A DNA stretch of 64,000 nt from Candidatus Bathyarchaeia archaeon. Lineage in GTDB: Archaea > Thermoproteota > Bathyarchaeia > Bathyarchaeales > Bathycorpusculaceae. The stretch is taken from positions 1 through 64,000 of the forward strand of contig JBEKWR010000010.1 in the NCBI GenBank assembly GCA_049512935.1, written 5' to 3'. Shown here piece by piece: positions 9,966 through 19,053 of this stretch (positions are counted from its first letter, which is position 1; the number at the start of each line of letters is the position of its first letter). The position numbers and the translations under genes are program-made. The notes under the pieces were generated by a model. The model was not told the origin of the DNA, did not search any database, and saw nothing but the letters and a program-made list of their open reading frames with translations.

Positions 9966-11297
9966 ATGAACAGCGAAAAAATAGAAAAGAAATACACGCC
10001 TGAAATTCCAGCGAAAGAAATCGAGGAACTTAGAAGCAGCATCAAAACGTCTTCTGAAAAGATAATGGCTGAAAACATCGAACGCATGAAAAAAGCTGAT
10101 CCTAACAGACCCCAAGCCATGAAGTACTTCGATGAAATCTCAAACCTGTTCGGAAAGCGGCAGCAGGAGCTTTCAGCTGAAAAAGAAAAAGGCAAGAAAG
10201 TCATCGGTTACATGTGCCTCTTCGCGCCGACCGAGCTGATTTTGGCAGCCGACGCCATCCCCGTCCGCGTCAGCAGCGGCTGGTACGACACCAGCAAAAT
10301 CGGCGACCGCGTCGTGCCCGTTGAGGTTTGCCCCGTTATCCGCTCGACCATAGGCGCAAAAATGATTGGGCTCTCACCCTTCCTTGAGCAAAGCGACGCG
10401 TTGATCAGCGTTTTGACGTGTGACGGCATGACTAAGCTGGGCGAAATCCTCAGCGACTACAAGCCCATCTGGGAAATGAACGTTCCAAGAGTCAAAGACG
10501 CAGCGCATAGCCTCCGCTTCTGGGATGACGAAATAATCAACATGAAAAAACAGCTTGAAGCCTTCACGGGCAACAAGATCACGAGGAAAAAACTGAAAGA
10601 AGCCATCGAAGAAACGCAGAAAGCCACGCGGGTTTTTCGGCGTCTGCAAGACCTGCGTAAAGGCAACCCCGTGATTATGGGCAGAGACGCCATGCTTGTT
10701 AACCAAGCGTACCTGTGGGATGACAAAGCGCGTTGGACTGAGAAAGCGTCGGCACTATGCGATGAGCTTGAGAAGCGTGCAGAGCGGAAAGACTGGGTTT
10801 GCCCGATTGACACGCCAAGGGTTTTGGTGACCGGCACGCCGATGTTTTGGCCTGACAGCTGGAAGGTGCCGAACTTGGTTGAGGAAGCAAACCCGAAAGG
10901 CATCATCGTCGCGGACGAGCTTTGCAGCGGCGAGCGAATCCTCAACGACCCTGTCGGCGTGGACGAATGGACCATGGATGACATGCTCAACGCCATCGGA
11001 GAACGCTACCTCATGGCTTCAACCTGTCCCTGCTTCACTTCCAACGACGGAAACGAAGACAGAATCAACTGGCTTCTGAACAAGGTTAAGGAAAGCAATG
11101 TTCAAGGCGTCATCTACTACGTGACAAGGGGCTGCATGCTCTACGCTATGGAGTACACTCGAGTAAAGAAGGCTCTTGACAAAATCAACATCCCAATGTA
11201 CTACCTTGACACCGAGTACACGAGGGAAGACGTGGGGCAGATGAAGACGCGCGTTGAAGCATTCCTCGAAATGCTGACTGCAAGAGTGGACATTTAG
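9966..11297 (+). CDS. 2-hydroxyacyl-CoA dehydratase/benzoyl-CoA reductase family subunit, double-cubane-protein-like
   Basis: GYMC, EVCPVIRS, TCDG, ELCSG, TCPCF, GCMLY cysteines; GQMKTRVEAFLEM terminus; start could be TTG 9951. Confidence 0.85.
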   Translation: MNSEKIEKKYTPEIPAKEIEELRSSIKTSSEKIMAENIERMKKADPNRPQAMKYFDEISNLFGKRQQELSAEKEKGKKVIGYMCLFAPTELILAADAIPVRVSSGWYDTSKIGDRVVPVEVCPVIRSTIGAKMIGLSPFLEQSDALISVLTCDGMTKLGEILSDYKPIWEMNVPRVKDAAHSLRFWDDEIINMKKQLEAFTGNKITRKKLKEAIEETQKATRVFRRLQDLRKGNPVIMGRDAMLVNQAYLWDDKARWTEKASALCDELEKRAERKDWVCPIDTPRVLVTGTPMFWPDSWKVPNLVEEANPKGIIVADELCSGERILNDPVGVDEWTMDDMLNAIGERYLMASTCPCFTSNDGNEDRINWLLNKVKESNVQGVIYYVTRGCMLYAMEYTRVKKALDKINIPMYYLDTEYTREDVGQMKTRVEAFLEMLTARVDI

Positions 11298-11307
11298 GGG
11301 TTAATCG

Positions 11308-12093
11308 ATGATAACGTTGGGAATTGACCTTGGCACGCAAAGAGTAAAAGCCGTAGTCCTCAGAGACAACGCTGTCGTTTCAAGGGGGCAAGCTTTCTCA
11401 GGTTTCGACGCTGCAAAAGCGGCTGAAGAAGCAGTCGCCCAGGCGTTGAAAGACGCGAACCTGACGCGGCAAGACATTGCTTATTCAGTAATCACGGGTT
11501 CATCCATGGAGAATGCGCCGCAGGCAGACAGCTCGATCAGCATGATGGGCGCCGACGCCAAAGCAGGAGTCTACTTGTTCCCTAAAGCCCGAACCATAAT
11601 TGACATCGGCGCAGAAGAAGCCCGCGCGATTAAATGCGACGACAAAGCCGTGATGGTTGACTTCGTCATTAACGAACGCTGCGCTGCGGGCGCTGGAACG
11701 TTCATCGAGGCGATGGCACGAGCCTTGGAAGTCAAGTTGGAGGATATGGGTCCCCTCTCCCTTAAAGCGGAGCGTGCAAGCCCCATAAACGCGTCCTGCG
11801 TCATCTTCGGCGAATCCGACGTTGTCTCGCTAATCCACCGCCAAGAATCTAAACCTGAAATCGCCCGCGCAGTCTTCGACGCGATGGCAGACCGAATCTC
11901 AAGCATGGTTCACAGGATAGGCGTAAACCCCGACGTGGTGCTCCTAGGCGGCGTAGCCAAAGACGTCGGCTTCATCGCGGCGCTGAAAAGGAAGCTGGGA
12001 GTGGAAATTCTTATTCCCGAGTTTCCCGATTACGCAGGCGCCCTTGGCGCAGCGCTGTCTGCGGCAACTCGAGGTCGGGAGGCGCAAAAATGA
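11308..12093 (+). CDS. ASKHA ATPase activator, BcrD/BzdP-like
   Basis: GIDLGT, DIGAEE, NERCAAGAG, NASCVIFGESD. Confidence 0.85.
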   Translation: MITLGIDLGTQRVKAVVLRDNAVVSRGQAFSGFDAAKAAEEAVAQALKDANLTRQDIAYSVITGSSMENAPQADSSISMMGADAKAGVYLFPKARTIIDIGAEEARAIKCDDKAVMVDFVINERCAAGAGTFIEAMARALEVKLEDMGPLSLKAERASPINASCVIFGESDVVSLIHRQESKPEIARAVFDAMADRISSMVHRIGVNPDVVLLGGVAKDVGFIAALKRKLGVEILIPEFPDYAGALGAALSAATRGREAQK

Positions 12094-13001
12094 AGGAGCC
12101 AAGCAGCGTGAAAGACGAGCTTGAGTTTTGGCGTTGGCGGGAATACAACCGCATCGTCGAAGGCAAGAAGTGGAAAAGCAAAGACGTTATTACGGCTGGC
12201 GTCGACGTCGGCTCCGTCGGCTCCAAAGCCGCTATCATGGTCAACGGCGAAGCGTATTCTTGGAGCATAGCGCGAACGGGCTCTAACAGTCCCGAGAGCG
12301 CAAGCAAAGCTTTGAGCTTGGCGCTGCAAGGAACCGGCCTCAAACACAGCGACCTCAAATACATCGTTGGCACGGGGTACGGGCGAGTTAACGTTCCCAT
12401 GGCGAACAAAGCCATCACGGAAATCGCCTGTCACGCGAAAGGTGCGAACTACATTTGGGGGCCGACCGTGCGAACCGTGCTTGACGTGGGCGGGCAAGAC
12501 ATCAAAGCCATCCGCAGCGACGAAACAGGCAGAGTAGTCTCGTTCCTCATGAACGACAAGTGCGCGGCTGGCACGGGCAGAGGCATGGAAGTCTTCGCTG
12601 ATCTGATGCAGATTCCCATCGAAGAAATCGGCGCCATCTCACTGCAGGTTGACAAGGAGCCTGAGCCAGTAAGCTGCACGTGTGTGGCTTTCGCAAAAAC
12701 CGAAGCCATCGGGCTGCTGCGAAAAGGCTGGACAAAAGAAAAAGTGCTTGCCGCATACACGCGGGCTATGGCGGTGCGCATGGCGAATTTGATCAACAGG
12801 GTAGGCTTAGAAAAAGAACTCGTCATCACGGGCGGGCAATGCAAAAATATCGGAATCGTGAGCCGAATCGAGGTTATCCTCGGCGTTAAGTGTCTGCCTA
12901 TGCCTGACTGGCGAGAAAACGGCTTAGACCCGATGGTTGCGGGCGCTTTCGGCGCGGCGCTTTTCGGAAAGGCGCTCTACGAGAAGGCGCAGAAAACCTA
13001 G
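12090..13001 (+). CDS. ASKHA ATPase activator, BcrA/BzdQ-like
   Basis: EFWRWRE N-terminal extension; GVDVGS, TGYGR, DVGGQD, NDKCAAGTG; ATGA overlap with previous gene. Confidence 0.85.
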   Translation: MKEPSSVKDELEFWRWREYNRIVEGKKWKSKDVITAGVDVGSVGSKAAIMVNGEAYSWSIARTGSNSPESASKALSLALQGTGLKHSDLKYIVGTGYGRVNVPMANKAITEIACHAKGANYIWGPTVRTVLDVGGQDIKAIRSDETGRVVSFLMNDKCAAGTGRGMEVFADLMQIPIEEIGAISLQVDKEPEPVSCTCVAFAKTEAIGLLRKGWTKEKVLAAYTRAMAVRMANLINRVGLEKELVITGGQCKNIGIVSRIEVILGVKCLPMPDWRENGLDPMVAGAFGAALFGKALYEKAQKT

Positions 13002-13011
13002 AAGGAGGCGA

Positions 13012-13305
13012 ATGGCTGTTATCACGAATTACGGCTACATCGATGGGTCAGGCGAATACTTCATAACCATCGACACCGACAAATGCACAGGCTGCGGCAA
13101 ATGCGTCAAAGCATGCCCAGAATCAGCACTTCAGCTTGAAGCGATGTTCATAGACCTCGAAGACAAAACCGTAGCCTCAGTGACGGAGGAGCACCGCAAA
13201 AAAGTAAAATACACCTGTGAACCCTGCAAACCCGAAACCAACAACACCCCCTGCACTATGGCATGCGAGGGCAAAGCAATAAAATGCACATGGAAACCCC
13301 AATAA
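13012..13305 (+). CDS. 2x[4Fe-4S] ferredoxin of the type linked to benzoyl-CoA reductases
   Basis: SD AGGAGG before ATG 13012; NYGYIDGSGEYFITIDTDKCTGCGKCVKACP and CEPC...CTMAC. Confidence 0.85.
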   Translation: MAVITNYGYIDGSGEYFITIDTDKCTGCGKCVKACPESALQLEAMFIDLEDKTVASVTEEHRKKVKYTCEPCKPETNNTPCTMACEGKAIKCTWKPQ

Positions 13306-13311
13306 GCGCAA

Positions 13312-14718
13312 CTACCCAACGTTTTGCATCAGCGACTCAAAGTCGGCTAAGTCAAAAGCAAAGCAGCCGTGGCGAGTCAAAAGGTTTTTTTCAGCGATTT
13401 TCTTTGCGATTATCCCGTAGCTTTCCCTTTTCCGATCCCATCTAAAGTCTACCGTTTTAGCCTTCAGGTTTTCCACGATTCTTGCGCAGTCGATTTTGCT
13501 TAGGTTGCTCCATTTTGTTTCTATGAATGCCGCTGCCTGTTTTTCTTCGTCAAGTGCCACAATGTCTATTTCCTTGTTTTTGTACCACCATTTTCCGATT
13601 GCTGTGAACGTGAAGGGCAGTTTGCCTTGGTTTTTCATCTCCGTGAGAAATTCAGCTGCGACCTGTTCAAAAGCGTAGCCTAAGTAGGTGTTGTAGTCGA
13701 GTTTTATTTTGTTAAGAACCCCTTGAGTGTTTCCCGCTTCAAGTTCGGTTCTGTTTGGGAAGACGTATTTGAACCAGAAGTTCAGATAGTTGTCCGCAAT
13801 TGTGTATAGTCCTTTTCTCGGCTTAGGCGCAATGCCCATAGGGTAAGTTCTTTCTATAAAGCCGAGGTCTTCGAGCACGCTCGTGTACTTTGAAATTATG
13901 CTTTTATCCAGGCCTGTTCGGTTAAGGATTTCACCGTAGGCTCTCGCGCCCTGAGCTATTGTCTGAAGAATCAGGGCGTAGTTTCGTGGTTCCCGCAGTT
14001 CCTCGCGCAGAAGGAACTCAGCTTCTTCATATAGGAACTCGCCTTTCGTTAAGATTTTTTGCTCGACGTTTTCCCAAAAGTTTAGGTCTGGGTTGAATTT
14101 TTGAAGGTACGCTGGGATCCCGCCGAGGCAGGCGTAAACATGTATCAAAGTTTCTAAACTGTAGTTTGGGTAGAACGGTTTTAGGTAAAATACTTTGAGC
14201 GGTGTGAGTTTCCATTGTGCTGTTCTTCTGCCGTACAGAGGGCTTTTGTAGTCGAGAACTTCAGTTTCCATAGTTGAAACCGAAGAGCCGAGCAGGATTA
14301 GCTTGGTGTCGGTGTTTTTCAGGTTTTGATCCCAGATTTTCTGGAAGATTGATGGAACTGCTCGGTTGGCTTCAATCAATGCTGGGAACTCATCGATTAT
14401 AATGAGCGCGGGGAAGGTTTTATTCCATTTTGTAAACTCTTCGAAGAGTTCTATCCAATCTTTGACCGCGAGTTTTGCGAAGCTTTCATTCCCAAGGTAA
14501 AGGCTCATTTTTTGCTTGAGCTCGTTGATTAGCTCTGTTTCTGGTCGGTGGTCGCCGAGGAAGTAGATGTGGGGTTTGTTTTTTGAGAACTGAAGGGTGA
14601 GTTCTGTTTTTCCGACCCGTCTTCTTCCATAAATGATTATTAGCTCTGGGGTCTGCGTGGTGTAATGCTGTTCTAAGAATTTGGTTTCCTGTTGTCTGTC
14701 CGCGAATAGTTGAATCAT
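13312..14718 (-). CDS. Archaeal ATPase (ATPase_2 + wHTH + DUF234/PD-(D/E)XK)
   Basis: YGRRRVGKT, IIIDEFP, LLGSS, GGIPAYL, EIDIVA...IETKW. Confidence 0.9.
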   Translation of the reverse strand: MIQLFADRQQETKFLEQHYTTQTPELIIIYGRRRVGKTELTLQFSKNKPHIYFLGDHRPETELINELKQKMSLYLGNESFAKLAVKDWIELFEEFTKWNKTFPALIIIDEFPALIEANRAVPSIFQKIWDQNLKNTDTKLILLGSSVSTMETEVLDYKSPLYGRRTAQWKLTPLKVFYLKPFYPNYSLETLIHVYACLGGIPAYLQKFNPDLNFWENVEQKILTKGEFLYEEAEFLLREELREPRNYALILQTIAQGARAYGEILNRTGLDKSIISKYTSVLEDLGFIERTYPMGIAPKPRKGLYTIADNYLNFWFKYVFPNRTELEAGNTQGVLNKIKLDYNTYLGYAFEQVAAEFLTEMKNQGKLPFTFTAIGKWWYKNKEIDIVALDEEKQAAAFIETKWSNLSKIDCARIVENLKAKTVDFRWDRKRESYGIIAKKIAEKNLLTRHGCFAFDLADFESLMQNVG

Positions 14719-14746
14719 GAGTAGGATACTCGTGTTTCAACTATTT
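14712..14746 (-). promoter_or_regulatory. ATPase start/operator element, copy 1 of a 35-bp direct repeat
   Basis: gaatcatgagtaggatactcgtgtttcaactattt contains GAGTA-gga-TACTC; 34/35 identical to 32614-32648. Confidence 0.65.
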
Positions 14747-14809
14747 AACGTTGTCGCGAGGTATACAGCACTAAAAAACTAATTAGAAAAAGACGAGAAA
14801 CATACTCGG

Positions 14810-15097
14810 TTATTCCGTGAAGTTGTACCCTTGAGATTTTAGCTCATGCAGATAACCTTCAAGTGAAAGGGGACAGTTAACTAAATCCAAAAACTTCTTC
14901 CTTTCCAGCCTTAATTGTATAGACATTTTATTAATCAGATAATCGTCGATTTCTCTGTCTCCATGGCTGACTTTCGTGTAGATGGAGGTTTTCCTTTCAC
15001 TTACATAAAGAATCAGGAATGTATGGTCACCCTCAGCTTGAACGAAGCCTTTCTTTTGTAAACCGTTAACGAGCTTTCTTACCTTAATTGTAACCAA
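14810..15097 (-). CDS. HicA-like toxin
   Basis: LQKKGF...EGDH...TKVSHG HicA-like pattern; probable TTG start. Confidence 0.7.
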   Translation of the reverse strand: MVTIKVRKLVNGLQKKGFVQAEGDHTFLILYVSERKTSIYTKVSHGDREIDDYLINKMSIQLRLERKKFLDLVNCPLSLEGYLHELKSQGYNFTE

Positions 15098-15109
15098 GCA
15101 GATTGGCAC

Positions 15110-15622
15110 CTATTGCTTTATGTAACGAAGAATTTTTGCCTTCAATTCTTTAGCGTCATTCGTTAGTTTGCTGCTATCTTCTTTGCCATATTCGTTCCAG
15201 ATAAAAAGAATTTCTTTTTCAAAGTCTTTGACGCATTCTTCAAGCTTGGGCGACATGGCAACAATCCCTAACTCGCTGTTTTGGCAAGAGTAAATGTTGT
15301 TTGTTAGTGAAACATTGGCTATTATGGGTTGGATAAATGAAAGGGTCGAGTCTTCTGCTAAGACGTGGTCTAACGCTATGAAGTATGCAGCGGTTTTGTC
15401 TTTTTCTCTAAGGTCAGCCAGAAGCCTTTTGATTTCTTTGGGAGTGGACAACTGTGCATAGGGTTCGGCTTGATTTGCCATTTGTTTCTTGAGCCTAAAA
15501 AGCACGCCTTCGTTTGTCTCGACTACTTGTAGCTTTGTACCTTTTTCAATCTTAAGTTTTTTACGTAGTCGCGCAGGAATGGTGGTCTGACCTTTCTTAG
15601 TTACAATGACTTCGTTTTCCAT
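15110..15622 (-). CDS. AbrB/SpoVT DNA-binding domain fused to HicB-like domain
   Basis: VTKKGQTTIPARLRKKLKI; C-half ELGIVA...LEECVKDFEKEILFIWNEY; directly upstream of hicA-like gene. Confidence 0.7.
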   Translation of the reverse strand: MENEVIVTKKGQTTIPARLRKKLKIEKGTKLQVVETNEGVLFRLKKQMANQAEPYAQLSTPKEIKRLLADLREKDKTAAYFIALDHVLAEDSTLSFIQPIIANVSLTNNIYSCQNSELGIVAMSPKLEECVKDFEKEILFIWNEYGKEDSSKLTNDAKELKAKILRYIKQ

Positions 15623-15883
15623 CGAACCATCGGCTATTATTAGCAAGTGACTCTTCATTAAAGGCTTTTCGCCCAGTTGGGGCAACTAATGTTTAAGAAA
15701 ATTTCATCGCTGAAATCCTTACTAAAGAATAGGCTCAAAAATGTTGTTGCTCATTTAGTTCAATCTGCGCCTTCGTCCCGTTTACCATAACAATGCCAAA
15801 AAACGGTTGTTGCCGGTCTGTGCACCCTTTTTCTGAAAAAGTTTATTTTACTAGGCGGAATATGTATCTTGTCTGTGGGGCAA

Positions 15884-16195
15884 ATGGCAAAGGCCAAGAT
15901 GGATGAGAATGGCAAGGTTCAGATTCCGTTAGAAACGATAAAGAAGTTGGGATTGAAAAACGGAACGGAGTTTGAACTTAAACAGGACGATGATGTTTTG
16001 GTTTTGAAACAGATTCTTCCAAAGAAATCAAAGGTTAAGAGTCCTCCTTTATCTGCCTCTGAAAAAATGGAAATAGAAGAAAGCGAAAAAGAATTCGCCA
16101 CGCAGACTACACAGGTTTATGATAATGCATCTGACCTTCTCAACGCACTTCGTGCTGAACGAGAAAAAGCACAATCTGCTAAAAGAGCTAAGTAG
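15884..16195 (+). CDS. AbrB/MazE family antitoxin
   Basis: KMDENGKVQIPLETIKKLGLKNG; acidic C-half ending YDNASDLLNAL. Confidence 0.75.
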   Translation: MAKAKMDENGKVQIPLETIKKLGLKNGTEFELKQDDDVLVLKQILPKKSKVKSPPLSASEKMEIEESEKEFATQTTQVYDNASDLLNALRAEREKAQSAKRAK

Positions 16196-16204
16196 GCAAC
16201 CAAT

Positions 16205-16471
16205 TTGTGGAAGGCAAAGCCGTCAAACCGTTTTAAATCAAGCTACAAAAACCTAAGCGATGATATGGCTCAAAGGGTTGATTCTGCGCTCAAAAGCTTG
16301 TTGGGTGCAGATAAACCCGAACGGCTGGGTATAGCCAAAACTGCAAGCCGAAAAGGTTACTTTGCATTTGAACTGGGACGAAGTTGCAGGATAATATACC
16401 GTCCGATCTATGACCAAAAAACGATTGAGTTTTTACGAGTGTGCTCGCACAAAGAAGCCTACAATCCATAA
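16205..16471 (+). CDS. RelE/YafQ-like toxin
   Basis: SNRFKSSYKNL...CRIIY...IEFLRVCSHKEAY. Confidence 0.75.
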   Translation: MWKAKPSNRFKSSYKNLSDDMAQRVDSALKSLLGADKPERLGIAKTASRKGYFAFELGRSCRIIYRPIYDQKTIEFLRVCSHKEAYNP

Positions 16472-16490
16472 ATCTAAAAATCGAAAAGCA

Positions 16491-16530
16491 TTTACTACAC
16501 ACCCTGTAGCACTACAGACCCTGTAGTAAA
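16491..16530. repeat. Two tandem 16-bp dyad units within an outer inverted repeat
   Basis: actacacaccctgtag (16494) and actacagaccctgtag (16511); outer TTTACTACA...TGTAGTAAA. Confidence 0.7.
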
Positions 16531-16667
16531 AAACAAACTGTTCGGTTAAATTCAGCGAGTGAGTTCACTTTCAGCTACCCCTCCACTATTCACGGGTGTC
16601 TTTTCGCCGCTTTGCTTAAAAGGGATAAGCGATGCAGTAGGATTTCTCCAAGTAAACGGGGAAAACC

Positions 16668-16722
16668 GTCTATTTGGATCCTATATAGGATCCTATTTGG
16701 ATCATCTAGAAAACCTATAGGG
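16668..16722 (+). repeat. 55-bp palindromic element, copy A
   Basis: Contains perfect 18-bp palindrome ggatcctatataggatcc; 51/55 identical to reverse complement of 25625-25679. Confidence 0.9.
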
Positions 16723-16729
16723 GATACCC

Positions 16730-17044
16730 TTGGAAAAAAAAGAAAATGAAGAAAATGAGCCAACAGTCGACAAGCTGATCGCTATAGAATGGGACCTTCT
16801 AAACGACTTGAAAAAAATGTTAAGCAACGCCACAGCCCAAGGCGAAAAAATCAGGCTTTCGAACGCCGTCGCATACCACGCCATCGTACTAAACAAACTG
16901 CTCGCCCAGAAGGGCCAAGAGCAAGCGTTTAACGAAGACACCTTGGGCGATTTCGTCGGGAGACACAACGCTGAGGGGAGGATGCGTAGGGCGATAAGAA
17001 GGGACTTTAGGAATTGGAAGAAAAAGCTTTCATCGACAGAATAA
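16730..17044 (+). CDS. Putative terminase small subunit (helical hypothetical protein)
   Basis: 104 aa, overlaps terL start, basic C-terminus; assignment is positional only. Confidence 0.5.
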   Translation: MEKKENEENEPTVDKLIAIEWDLLNDLKKMLSNATAQGEKIRLSNAVAYHAIVLNKLLAQKGQEQAFNEDTLGDFVGRHNAEGRMRRAIRRDFRNWKKKLSSTE

Positions 17045-18483
17045 CAAGCGACATAGAATACGCGGCTTCAGAATGCGAGGGTTTACTGCAAAGACCAAAA
17101 GCACTAAGGCAGCTCATAGCCCACCCCGAAGTCACCCGTAAACTGGTTGAGGACCCAGTGTTTTTTGCGGTGCTAATGTGCGGCGACAAATGGCTCCCAA
17201 AAGCGCCAGAGCATCAAAAACTGCTTCGAGATTCCAGCCCCAGGCAGATAGCTGTTTGCGGTCGAGGATGGGGCAAAAGCTTGGTTTTCAGCAGAAAAAA
17301 TCTTTGGCTGCTTTACACGAAATCTAAGATAGAGAGCCTTATCATCAGCAGCACACAGCGTCAGTCAATGATAATGTTCGATTACTGCTACTTCACCATC
17401 ATGGCGAACCCGCTGATGAGAGAAATGGTTTTGAAGCCTGGAACAACCCGCACCGCGATTAGGCTGAAGCCCCCGTTGGGTGGGAAAATAGTTGCTCTCC
17501 CATGCTCGAAAGACCGGCTCAGAGGTTACCATCCCGACTATGTCTTCATCGACGAGGCGTCAATCGTTCCAGGCGAAATGATTACCAGCGAGATAATGAT
17601 GATGCTAACAAAACCCGGCGCAAGCTTAGTCATGAGTGGAACGCCTATGGGTTCTGACCATGTTTTCCGCAAGGCGTTCTTGGACACGAAACGTTACAGC
17701 GTTCATCATTACGCGAGTTATCAGAGTCCTCTGGTTAGCCCCGCCCAGTTGGACGAGTGGAAGGAGGTTATGACTCAGGAGGAGTGGGAGCGTGAGGTTG
17801 AAGGCTTATGGGTTGAAGCGACACACACGTTTTTCCCGATGGATCTGATTGTGTCCTGTGTTGACCCTGAACTAGGCAACCCTGAATCAGCCAAAGCCTA
17901 CATCGAAGACATCGAGAAAGTCAAGGAAGAAAACAAACTCATCGGACCATACTACGCGGGGCTGGACTTGGGCAAGCAGATGGACTACAGCGTGCTCGCC
18001 GTCGTTCAGAAGAGCCAAAACGGCGACATAAGACTGGTTCATAAGCGCCAGTTTCCACTAGGCACAAGCTACCCTGAAGTCATCGGCTACGTGGCAAGGG
18101 CTGAGCAAGTTTTCCGTTTTGAGAGGCTAAATGTTGACAAGGGCGGGATAGGCGACGCCGTCGTGGACGAACTCAACAACATTAACGTTCCATCCGTTGA
18201 AGGCGTCTTCTTCACCGATGCCGAGAAGGAGAACATGCTAAACAACGTCAAGTTGCTGATGGAAAAGAAGCGGCTAAAGATTGCTGGCGACGACAAGGCG
18301 TTGTTTGTGCAGATCAACGAGCAGGAGTACGCGTATCTTCAGCCTAAAACCGCGCAGGAACGGATCCACCTTAAATTCTGGCATCCGCAAGGGAAACATG
18401 ACGACCAACTAATGGCGTTGGCACTCGCGTGCAAGGCAGCTCAAACCGCGGCGCCTCCGGGCGTCGGCGCCTTCATCCTCTAA
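17014..18483 (+). CDS. Terminase large subunit (ATPase + RNase H-like nuclease)
   Basis: Walker A CGRGWGKS, LRG, Walker B VFIDEA, SGTP; nuclease AGLDLG...DYS, VDKGGIG, HDDQLMALALA. Confidence 0.9.
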   Translation: MEEKAFIDRITSDIEYAASECEGLLQRPKALRQLIAHPEVTRKLVEDPVFFAVLMCGDKWLPKAPEHQKLLRDSSPRQIAVCGRGWGKSLVFSRKNLWLLYTKSKIESLIISSTQRQSMIMFDYCYFTIMANPLMREMVLKPGTTRTAIRLKPPLGGKIVALPCSKDRLRGYHPDYVFIDEASIVPGEMITSEIMMMLTKPGASLVMSGTPMGSDHVFRKAFLDTKRYSVHHYASYQSPLVSPAQLDEWKEVMTQEEWEREVEGLWVEATHTFFPMDLIVSCVDPELGNPESAKAYIEDIEKVKEENKLIGPYYAGLDLGKQMDYSVLAVVQKSQNGDIRLVHKRQFPLGTSYPEVIGYVARAEQVFRFERLNVDKGGIGDAVVDELNNINVPSVEGVFFTDAEKENMLNNVKLLMEKKRLKIAGDDKALFVQINEQEYAYLQPKTAQERIHLKFWHPQGKHDDQLMALALACKAAQTAAPPGVGAFIL

Positions 18484-18824
18484 GTGCACTCTCGCATGGT
18501 GTAGCCGCAGTTGACGCAGCGGAAAAACTGGGTTGACGACTCGTCTGACCATCGGGTCTGCACCTGCCAGACGTTGGCGGTTTTGTTGCCGCATCTGGGG
18601 CACTCGATCTGAAGCGTCGGCAGCGTGCTGAGTTGTTCTTCCTTCCCGATAACAGCCACGAACTGCTTAGGATTGTGCTCAAACACTTTGCCGTTGGCCT
18701 TCGCTGCGGGGGTCTCCTGCTTTTTAAAGTGGCATTTGGTGCAAACAAGCATAATTAACTCTTGTTTATCTGACTTGACTTTCTTTTGGACAAGACGTGA
18801 ACCGCATTGTGCGCAAAACTCCAT
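18480..18824 (-). CDS. tfs: Transcription factor S
   Basis: MEFCAQCG...CTKC; CPRCG...QTRWSDE...FFRCVNCG. Confidence 0.9.
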   Translation of the reverse strand: MEFCAQCGSRLVQKKVKSDKQELIMLVCTKCHFKKQETPAAKANGKVFEHNPKQFVAVIGKEEQLSTLPTLQIECPRCGNKTANVWQVQTRWSDESSTQFFRCVNCGYTMRECT

Positions 18825-19053
18825 AGGTTGCATCTCCTTTAAAAAAATTTATGGCAAATGATGGTTCTTGACTTCGGCGCAAGCCAAAAAGGTGTTCTAA
18901 GGAGAGTGTGGGGAACATTACTCTACAGCTTGCACATCAGTCAACCATTCACTTGCTAAACGCCAAGGACTTACCGCATCCTCTGCGCTTGATGAACATT
19001 AATGCTCACTTCAGCAATAAAAAATAATGTGACTGTGCATACACTACAACAAG

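Noticed and set aside
9966-13305. Canonical four-subunit benzoyl-CoA reductase
   Set aside because: Only one catalytic-family subunit and no downstream aromatic pathway genes
13312-18483. Complete provirus
   Set aside because: No integrase, portal, capsid, tail or att repeats recognised; only the terminase is viral
18834-19053. C/D box sRNA in the tfs-mobA gap
   Set aside because: TGATGA and CTGA-like words are not correctly ordered or spaced on one strand
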